Assembly: GCA_019828565.1 (NCBI GenBank)
Contig: JAHDYR010000067.1
Coordinates: 214,243 to 278,242, forward strand
Reading direction: 5' to 3'
From: Carpediemonas membranifera BICM
Lineage: Eukaryota; Protista; Fornicata
DNA length: 64,000 bases
Shown here: piece after piece, positions 11,446 through 20,165 of the stretch
How positions within the stretch are numbered: the stretch's first letter is position 1
Layout of the letters: each line of letters starts with the position of its first letter
Position numbers and translations under genes: made by a program
The notes under the pieces: model-generated
Database searches by the model: none
Told to the model about the DNA's origin: nothing
The model's input: only the letters and a program-made list of their open reading frames with translations

Positions 11446-12567
11446 ATGTTTCATTTTGCACCAATCTTGGTGCAAATGGTGACGGAACATTTGGGGGAAT
11501 TGGCGCGGTTGCTGCAGCTAGTAGCTTCTGAGGAATCTGATGATCCTCGAATGCGTTCTCTGCAGCGCCGTTGTGCAACATTGGGCTCCGACATCCAAAA
11601 TCTGCGATCGTCACGCGTAGCGCCGGGCAACAGGAGGCGCAAGAGGCTTGTGCGCCGTCCCGTGTGTCACTCAGAGCCCGCTTCGTCGGTAGACGAGAGC
11701 TCGAACGATGACAGCGAAGAAGACGAATCGCCGACTTCTTCGGACGATGCCCCGGGGAATGACAGCTCCCCAACGCTGCCAGACGGCCAGCCCGAAGCCA
11801 ACCAGCCTGCTGACGTGACTACTACGGTTCGCCAGCTCTCCCACGCCTCAGGAACGGACGTTTCGGACTTGAACCGGCTGGTCCATCGGCTGTTGGGCGA
11901 GCACGCCCATTCGATTGCTCTAACACTCACCCCGCTTATGAATTCTCTCCGTGAACAGCGGTTCGAGCGTGAGTTCTCCCTCGAAGACGTCGAACGCCAA
12001 CTTAAGGGTGTTTCTTGTGCGCGTCGCGTGTTGCTCGATCTTCAGGCCTTCATGAAACTTGCCCAGGCACTACCTGAACTGGACCTGCATCGCGCCGCCA
12101 CTTGGCACCATGAGATGGACGCTATCCGACGCAAGCTCCCTGGTAGGGGTGACAAGTCCCTCTGCCACCTCCTGGCCTTAGCCGTCTTCCCGGGAGTCTA
12201 TGGTTTGCTTCAAGAGGCTTGCTACCGGTCCTCTGATATACCGGAGATGGAGAAGCGATTCCGCTTGGTCATGCGGGTATTCAAAGCCCATCCACAGTGG
12301 GTACCGGTACTCATGACTACGGGCGACGGAGGGCTCCAGTTCACTGATGAGCTCCGTACTTATCGACTGGAACGAGTTGTTGGCAGTCGCAATGGCCCGG
12401 GTGGTCGACTCCTCACGTTGAAATGGGAAGACTACAGGTTTGTGACACGGTCGTACCCGACGCCGGAGTTGCTAGAATTGCCTGAAGTGGTAGCGCACCT
12501 TGCTCGTCACGGGGTTGAACCGCGCAGTACTGGACCTGCCTTCGCTGGTCGGGGCCGCCGACTCTAA
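11446..12567 (+). CDS. Antisense accessory ORF inside E3; unknown protein with acidic low-complexity tract and C-terminal chromodomain-like segment
   Basis: Uninterrupted ~373-codon ORF from the first ATG, converging on the pol stop; YRLERVVGSR...LTLKWEDY..TRSY. Confidence 0.7.
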   Translation: MFHFAPILVQMVTEHLGELARLLQLVASEESDDPRMRSLQRRCATLGSDIQNLRSSRVAPGNRRRKRLVRRPVCHSEPASSVDESSNDDSEEDESPTSSDDAPGNDSSPTLPDGQPEANQPADVTTTVRQLSHASGTDVSDLNRLVHRLLGEHAHSIALTLTPLMNSLREQRFEREFSLEDVERQLKGVSCARRVLLDLQAFMKLAQALPELDLHRAATWHHEMDAIRRKLPGRGDKSLCHLLALAVFPGVYGLLQEACYRSSDIPEMEKRFRLVMRVFKAHPQWVPVLMTTGDGGLQFTDELRTYRLERVVGSRNGPGGRLLTLKWEDYRFVTRSYPTPELLELPEVVAHLARHGVEPRSTGPAFAGRGRRL

Positions 12568-12610
12568 CAACTAATCAACAATAAATCAGGCGAGATGAGA
12601 ATAGGAGGGT

Positions 12611-15600
12611 TTACAACCCTTCCGACTTGGCCTGAGCAGACGACAAGAAGTCATCCAGAGCAGCAGCGTCTCTAAGGGAGCGGTATGGCTCCCAGGTAGC
12701 CTCGGAGTCTTCAAATCCTTGCCAATGGACAAGGTACTCTCTCTTTGAGACCGAGCCCGTGCCACGCGACTTGGATATCCGGTCGATATACCACTCCTCC
12801 ACGCCGGCGGCCGCCACCTGCTTGATCTGTTCCTCTGATAGGGTGCCGGGGACGAACTTTCTGACGCGAGACGCATCGACCCGGATGGGTTCCGCTCCGG
12901 GCTGACCTAAGTCTTTCACCATGTAGGCTACTACAACACCGCTCTGCTTGACAGACGACACTCGTCGCATAGGCCCAATCTCCAGCCCGGGGAAAGCTTG
13001 TTTGGAGGGCGCGAGGGATATTTCACGAGCACAAACCGTGACAAGATCTCCGTGCGGGTGGTGGAGGCCTTCGCCAACGCGTCTTCGCGCATGGCCAGGA
13101 CACGTGCCTTGGCCAATTGTGTAGCGGCTTCGGCAGCGAGGAGATGCGACGTACGAGCTGCTGCCGTGCTGTTCTCGGTAACGTATAACTACTCCGGCAC
13201 CGCCATGTTGCTCCCGAACAGTATCTCGGCGGGGGAAAGGCGTGTTGGTTGTCTTGGCATGGAATTGACAATAAACTGCGCAACCGGTAAATGCTGACGC
13301 CAATTGCCGTTTCTGAGCTCAAACTTCCTTGCCTTGAGCACTCTCTCGACCATCTGGTTAGCTCTCTCAACCATTCCGTTGGACTGAGGGTGATGCGCGG
13401 TGGTAACGTGTGTCTCGAACCCCATGTCCTGTGCCAGCTTCTTCATGAGAGCGTTATTGAACTCGGGACCTCCGTCAGACTGCAGCACTCGTGGGCAACC
13501 GTAACGCAGCACCCATGTGTTGACGAAGGCATCCACGGCATCGCGTGCGGTGGTAGACTTGACGGGGGCTAGCTCCGTCCACCTGGAACACATGTCTATC
13601 ATGACTTGGACGTATTTGTAGCCGTCACGCTCCGGGAGCGGACCTAGAGTATCGATTGCCACCCGCTGGAACGGTGCATCCACAGCCGTGTGTAGACCGT
13701 CTGTTTTTTCAACAGGCGGTCTCTCCAAGACCTGGCAGACAGGGCACTTGGCGACGTAGTCGTAAACGTCACGGCGAGTAACTGAAACACCGGCTTCCCG
13801 CAAACGTTCCATGGTTAACCGTCCGGAGAGGTGGGCGTTACCGAACGGGTGGGCTTTGCTGATCTCATCAACTGACGCTAGCGAGAATACGCGCGACAGA
13901 CCGTCGGCTCCCCCGTTGTCTAAACCGGCCACGTGCTTCAATTCGAAATCTAGGTCTGCAATAGAATCGGCCCATCTACGCACCTTAGCGTTACTCGACC
14001 TATACATGTACAAGAGGTTGCGATGGTCGGTCAGGAGCTCGAATCTCTCCCAGGACAAGAACTTCCTCCACTTCTGAAGGGCTGACACAATCGCAAAGGC
14101 TTCCTTCTCGCCGACACTCCATCTGGATTGGACGTCTGTGAAGGCTTTGGACATATAACACACGGGGCGACCCTCCTGCAGGAGGACAGCCCCGTACCCC
14201 ACGTCGGATGCGTCAGTCATCACGACATGAGGTTTGGTCGCGTCGAACATCGCCAAAGAATCTGCCGAGCACAAGGCTTCTTTGATATCCGCTAGGGCAG
14301 CCTCTAGCTCTTTCTCTGGCACGGCCGTACGGTTAGTCGTTGCAGACACGAGTGGTTTGGCGCGGGTCGCGTAGTTCGGTACGAAGTCGCGGAAGTAGTT
14401 AAAGAATCCGACTAGACCTTGCATCCCCTTGACTGTAGGCGACAGCTTCATGTCTTGGATATCGTTGACTCTCTCTGGTGAGATCCTGACTGACCCCTCG
14501 GAGATGATCCAGCCGAGGAACTCCACCTCGGCCCGACCGAACTGACACTTGTCCCTTCCGAGCTGGAGCTTGTACTCACGGGCGCGCTGGAGGACCTTCC
14601 TCAGGTTCTCGATGTATTCCTCTGGCGTGGCACCCATGACGATCACGTCGTCGATGTAAATGATGCAGGCGGTCCCAAGTAGCCCTCTGAACGCGTTTTC
14701 CATCGCTCTCTGAAAGAAAGCACCGGCATTGCGAAGCCCAAAGGGCATCCGTGTATATTGGAACTGGCCGAAGGTAGTCCTGAACGCGGTATACTTCCGG
14801 CAACGCTCAGTAAGGGCGATCTGGTGGTAGCCGGCAGACAGATCGAGCGTTGCGAACACTCGCTTACCCGAAAGTTGTGTGATAACTTCGTCAATTCGAG
14901 GGATGGGGTAATCAAATGGCTCTGTCATGGTGTTGACTTCACGAAAGTCGACGACAAAGCGAGTCTTGCCACCCTTCTTGGGTACGATGATAGTTGGGCT
15001 GGAATAGGCCGATTGACACGCCTGTATATACCTCTTGGCCAGAAGGGTATCGATGTGTTCCTTGACAACCGGGACCTTTGGGGGCGGAACATAGTAGGGA
15101 CGTACGTGGACGACTCGATCGCCCTTGAGGCATAGGTCGTAGGGCTCGAGCTTGCTCGGTTCAGTACGGTCACGGAAGAGGTCTTCGTACTCCTTGAGCA
15201 GCTTGATCTGCTGGCTCGCGATACCATCGGGGAGGGTAAGAGCCTTAGCTTCAAACTTGCTCGGGACGGGAGGATCGTCAGTTGCTTCGCTCTCCGAGTT
15301 GCTAGGCTGGGCCATTGAGGGCAGCAGTCCGATCTCTACCATCTGGCTGTAACCAAAACTGACTTCGTACGCAGTTTTGAGAACGAAAGCGCGGATCTTC
15401 AGCTCGCAGCCACGTGGCGTGAAGGGAGATGGCCTCAACGTGATCTGCACCGATACGGTGCCTTCAGCTTCTCGTATTCCACCTGCCGTTTGGATGCGTA
15501 CAGTATCGTGGTTGATCCTGGTAACGGCTGGCGAGGAGCACAGATCGGGAGATATCGTGGCACAGTCAGCACCAGAGTCTAGTAAGACCTTCACTTCGGC

Positions 15601-16651
15601 CTTCTCGATGACTCCATTGACTACAGGCAACGACCCTCCACCTGACGCAGCGGAAAATAAACACTTCGCCCCGTTTACTGGGGACTTAAAACGACAGAAC
15701 TTCTCGAGGTGACCCTGCTTCTTGCAAACCGGGCATGTGGCACGATCCCGCGGGCACTTGAAGGATGGATGGCCCGTCTCGCCGCAGTTGTAGCACACCA
15801 GCTCGCGCTTGCCCTCTCCTCGTTGGTTCGGGGGCTCTTGCGGCTGGCTTATCCTGATGATGAGGCTTGGCGATTGGCTTGGGGGCGGGATGGGTGGGTT
15901 CGTGGTGAAGACCGCGATGGGGTTTGCCCGACTTAGCCTTGGTTGACGACTGCTTGTCGGTCATTCCGATGGAACGCAGCATGGCACGGGATTCCTCGAT
16001 ATCGCGAGCGATATCAATCACCCGCGGCATAGCCAGTTCGAGGGAGAAGCCTTCGGTGAGATCCTTAACCTTGTACTGAACGCGCGAATTATCGGGTAGC
16101 TTAAAGCAACGCGCGTAGGTGTCGCAGAGGATCTCAGAGTCTACCCCGGGATCAACAAGGGAGAGGAGGGTTCTGAACCGTCGGTTCACTCGAACCACCT
16201 CCTGCGGAGTAAAGGACGAGATGGAGAGACGGAACAAGTCGAGACGGGCAGAAAAACGGGACGGTTGCAGTGCTCTACCGAGCCGCTTGAGGACGCGGTC
16301 GTCTTTAGCGAGACGCTTGGCCTTGCGCTTACGCTTGTGCGTCTTTCGGACAGCTGCGGTTAGGATGAGGGACTGCTGGAGGGGTTGCTCGTCGTCTTTA
16401 GGCGTTCCGGCTACTGGTGAACCTTCATCGTTCACGGGGACAGAGGCCTCGGCCGAGGGGATGGCTTCAGAGGCCTTGGCGAAGAGGTTAAAGCCGAGAG
16501 CGTCAGCGTACCGTTGGACTTCGGTGTCAATCATGTCGGCAACGTCGGCATCACCGCCTTTGGCTCGGTACTCGGACAAATCCTCGGCGAATCGGACTAA
16601 CGACTCAATGGTCGTCTTCTTTAGCATAGGCATATTGTTATAGAGCGTCAT
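12611..16651 (-). pseudogene. E3 Gag-Pol (2 CCHC knuckles, PR LDSGA, RT YIDD, RH, IN, chromodomain) with two frameshifts and an in-frame TAG
   Basis: Extra base in a C run near 15833; TAG at 13189-13191; shift near 12975; ORFs 15686-16654, 13189-15798 and 12611-13303. Confidence 0.92.
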
Positions 16652-17322
16652 CAAAACGTGGAATACTAGTATTGTGGTTCGTTTGACGAACTATGTTTAC
16701 AAGAGGAGAAGACTCGACACAATGGTGTCGAGGAGAAACTCCTTGACTAACTAATATCATATATAAATCTGTGTAATCTTGGGTGAGACCCATGACACCA
16801 GGCCCTCACCACGACAAGTCCATCGTCGGCAAAGCAGCCATGGTCCGCACCTACACCCGCGTAGGCTACAAGCAGCGCGGCCCCGTCCGAGTTGTTGGTG
16901 TGAGCACCAAGCCCAACACGTACAGCCTGCATGACCCGACCACGGAGACATCATTCGTGGCTCACGCAGACAGCATCCTCCAGTTCCAGGGCGACTACAC
17001 CGACGACGAGCTAAAACACTGGGCGCTGAAACTCGCAAGAGAGTATGAGGTAGACCAGATCGTGGGCCACCGCACCCAAGACGGGACCCTTCAGTTCAAG
17101 ATCCGCTGGCTCGGGTACACAAGCGAGGACGACTCCTGGGAGAACTACACACGCGAGATCAACAAGCTAGAAGCACTAGACATTTACCTTGAACAACACC
17201 CACACCTCAAGCCGACCCTGGCAGCCCAACGTAAGCGGAAATCATACATCAGATAATCGAGATTATGGGGGCTGGGCACGATATCCGCGACATCCACGTG
17301 TGACCGTTTCTTACTTTCCGGG

Positions 17323-17390
17323 AACTCACAGCCTAAGTGGTAGAGCGTTGGCCTGCTGATCACGAGGTTGTTGATTCGAGTCGTATGAGA
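17323..17390 (+). pseudogene. tRNA-like degenerate sequence
   Basis: A-box-like AGCCTAAGTGGTAGAGC and B-box-like GATTCGAGTC at tRNA spacing; stems pair poorly. Confidence 0.3.
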
Positions 17391-17497
17391 TTAGGAAGGC
17401 TGTGTACTGTCGGCCTGGCACATTTGGGACGCTTTGAAGATGGCATATTGACACAGTCACATAAATAATACTTCCTCTGAACCGCTTTTTTATTCTC

Positions 17498-18652
17498 TTA
17501 AGGGATGATCTCGAGGCTGAAATCCGACAGCGCGGGGTCATCGAGGGCCATCTCCAGGGCCGGGTGACCTTCCTCTAGCATCTTCTTGACATCAGGAACA
17601 AGATCCTCCATGATCTTGACCAAATGCCTCACACCCTCACAGATCCAGTCCATACCTTCATCGCCCCACCAGGCTGTCTTGTTAACGTAAAGACAGCGGC
17701 CACCGCAGACGTTACGGATGGAGCACTTGTCGCAGGCACCGGCTACGTCGACGCGCTCAAGGTCAGACTTAGTGGATGTGTGGATGTCGCCAATACAGTT
17801 CCATGGCTCGTCGAAGCCAACCGGACATATCATCAGGCGGCCATCAGTGGTAATTGACCAGGTGTCGACACCAACGCCACAACGGAGGCCATTGATCGCA
17901 GAGCGGCCAAGGACGGTGTTGAGGACACCGAGGAAGGGCACAATGATCGGCGCGCGACCCTCCTTCAGCTCAGCAACGAAGAAATCGCGGAGACGATCGA
18001 GGCTGGGCTTGTACTGATTGTTCATCCAGCCGGGGAAGTCGCCCCAACGTGTGTTCATGGGAGCATCGAAACCGACGTCCATCTGCCAGTAGACCGCGGT
18101 GAATGGGACCGGCGCATCACGGAGAAGATGGATTGCTTCAGCAGCAATGTCCGTCTTCATCGAGCACGTCATGCGGGCTACCAGAGGGCCCTTGTAGCCC
18201 CTGTCGATGGCGTCATGGACGTTATCCATCACCCTCTTGTAGAGTCCTTTTGATCTGTAGCCATCGGTGGTAGCTTCACTGCCGTCAATGGACACAAGAA
18301 TGGACCAAAGGCGGAGGAGGTATTCTGTCGGCAAGGAGTGGAGCAGCGTGACGTTGGACTGGAGGATGAACTGCGCCTTGGGGTAACGGTCCATCACCTT
18401 CCGAAGGAACGGAATGCTTGTAAGCGGCTCGCCACCATAGAAGACGACGGTTATTCCCTCGCCATCCTCAGACTCGAAGAACTTGGCAAGATCATCCACG
18501 GGGTATGTAGGACGGTGTGGCATCTGCAGGTCTTCAGCCGTGGCACCACAGTACGTGCAGGACAGGTTGCAGTCCGCAGAGGTAAACACGAAGAAGAGAC
18601 TGGGATTGGTCTTGGACTTGGTAACCTGAGCAGTACTATCCGCCGCTGACAT
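17498..18652 (-). CDS. Radical SAM/SPASM-domain enzyme resembling the AF0577-type putative peptide-modifying family
   Basis: CNLSCTYC, FYGGEP, SIDG, CGVG...CP, CDKC..RNVCGGRC, C-terminal EIIP. Confidence 0.9.
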   Translation of the reverse strand: MSAADSTAQVTKSKTNPSLFFVFTSADCNLSCTYCGATAEDLQMPHRPTYPVDDLAKFFESEDGEGITVVFYGGEPLTSIPFLRKVMDRYPKAQFILQSNVTLLHSLPTEYLLRLWSILVSIDGSEATTDGYRSKGLYKRVMDNVHDAIDRGYKGPLVARMTCSMKTDIAAEAIHLLRDAPVPFTAVYWQMDVGFDAPMNTRWGDFPGWMNNQYKPSLDRLRDFFVAELKEGRAPIIVPFLGVLNTVLGRSAINGLRCGVGVDTWSITTDGRLMICPVGFDEPWNCIGDIHTSTKSDLERVDVAGACDKCSIRNVCGGRCLYVNKTAWWGDEGMDWICEGVRHLVKIMEDLVPDVKKMLEEGHPALEMALDDPALSDFSLEIIP

Positions 18653-18738
18653 CAACGTTTCAACGTTTTCAGAGCAACGCTCGTTGAGTTTGCCCGATAT
18701 TAGCAAAATCGCAGGATAAGGTCTGCACAAAAAATGCG

Positions 18739-19143
18739 ATGCAGTTTACGGGCCAAGCAGCTCTCTTTGAGCATATCTATCGAGAACGCGAGCAACCGTT
18801 CAGCTCCGTCAAGTGCCCGTGCAAGATCAAGCCCAAGAGAGTAAACGTTGCTGTGAAGAAGACCCCAGGCTACGAATATAAGCAATATCTATCTTGTTCT
18901 ATAAACGGATGCCTCTTTTCAGCTGGATCTAACCCCATCGTAGGCGAAGACACTAAGGTTGTGTCTGCGTCATTCTTTGTCACGATCCCCAGAGTCGGGG
19001 AGAGGCCCTTCGTCATGATCAAGACCAAACACATGAGACACTCCAAGTGGGTGATATCAGGCCTTGCCTCGCATGACATAAAAATGTGGTCTCCCAGAAG
19101 TGACAAAGAAAAATGTTTATTGGGTCAGGTCGACATGAAGTAA
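18739..19143 (+). CDS. Hypothetical protein, possible GRF-type zinc finger
   Basis: CPC...VKKTPG...YLSC...GCLF pattern; ATG start, divergent from the radical SAM gene. Confidence 0.35.
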   Translation: MQFTGQAALFEHIYREREQPFSSVKCPCKIKPKRVNVAVKKTPGYEYKQYLSCSINGCLFSAGSNPIVGEDTKVVSASFFVTIPRVGERPFVMIKTKHMRHSKWVISGLASHDIKMWSPRSDKEKCLLGQVDMK

Positions 19144-19599
19144 CTGGGCCATGTCATTCTTGATTTACGTGTAACACAGCAATACGTCCAAAAAATGCCA
19201 TCCTGAAGAAGGTCCCGGAGGCGGCAGGACACTCGGACGAAAAGGCGCTCATGTGCATATTCCACCACGACTGTAAGGTAAGGTTACCTCACTCCTGCCG
19301 GCCTGGGTGTCCTTCCCATCGTGCTTGCCAATGACAGTCACGGCCGTATGCTCTCTCGCATGGGGCGGTCGAGTCCGGCTCCGAGGGTCGGCTCACTGAG
19401 TGTGGGGTCTGTAATGCCCAGTCGGGCTGCTCTCGACGCCATCAGTGCTGAGCCGTTTCCACTGACCGCGAAGTCCAGCCCGGCACGGCTGAGGCTTCAT
19501 CAGGGTCTCCAGAGTCCACTTGCGACACCGACGACGCCGAGTCACGCTCCAGCGACAGTGACGACGAGTCACCTCATGATCTGGCTGGCTACATCGAGC

Positions 19600-20147
19600 T
19601 AATGTGGAGCCTCTTCCACAACTTCATTGACGGCCCCGCTGCTCTCCTTCGGAAACTCAACAAGGGGCGCCTCTTCAAATTCGCTACCGACACGGTTCGC
19701 ACCGTGCGCTTCTGCTCGTCTCCCGTGTGGCCGACCTGCTAGCGGCTTGGTCGGAAGAGGGTCTCTCAAGATAGCTACCCGATGCCCTGCGGAAGAAGCT
19801 AGCCGAACTCGAGCGGAAGCAGGAAGAATAAGGTCATTGCCGACAAGAACAGCGTGATTAAGAAGCTGAAACGGGATCTGAAGAGTGTAAAAATCCGTCG
19901 TTGTGCTGCTTCATGTGTACCGGATTCGGAGAGGGGCCAAGGATTTACTATCCCATCCGACGTCACTCTTGCTGGCATCAACCACAAGGTCGACCCTGAC
20001 TCGGGTGCTGATTGCTCACTGCTTGTCTCACAGGCAGAGGCCACGAGAGCCCGCCTGAAGGTGAGAGTCATTGCATGCCCGCCGAGAATCTTCGCAGTCG
20101 ATGGCAGACCCATCCACATCGCAGGCCAAGCAACGGTGAAGCTATGA
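19600..20147 (+). pseudogene. Gypsy gag/protease relic
   Basis: DSGADCSLL protease-like motif in ORF 19854-20147; broken frames upstream. Confidence 0.55.
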
Positions 20148-20165
20148 AGCATTTTATGTCGCCGC

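Larger units (their letters stand above)
10758..16797 (-). mobile_element. Full-length gypsy element E3 with identical 125-bp LTRs and an extra antisense ORF
   Basis: LTRs at 10758-10882 and 16673-16797; TSD CCAG; PPT (plus-strand CTGCCCCTCC) at 10883-10892. Confidence 0.97.
9181..17280 (+). mobile_element. Internally deleted gypsy element E2 (84-bp 5' LTR, gag, integrase, chromodomain; PR/RT missing), host of nested E3
   Basis: LTR TGTAGTGA...TCACCACA 9181-9264; gag 9281-9760; integrase 9809-10757 with stops. The frame rejoins across the E3 TSD (AEP|GPHH) into chromodomain ORF 16798-17256. PPT at ~17266; no matching 3' LTR. Confidence 0.85.

Noticed and set aside
15686-15850. Programmed gag-pol frameshift in E3
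   Set aside because: The shift is one extra C in a homopolymer upstream of the nucleocapsid knuckles, and related elements are single-ORF, so an indel is more likely.
16655-16797. Tf1-type self-priming (PBS complementary to the transcript 5' end in the LTR)
   Set aside because: No 9-11 nt complement of the post-LTR sequence was found within the E3, E4 or E6 LTRs; at best 5-nt or mismatched hits.
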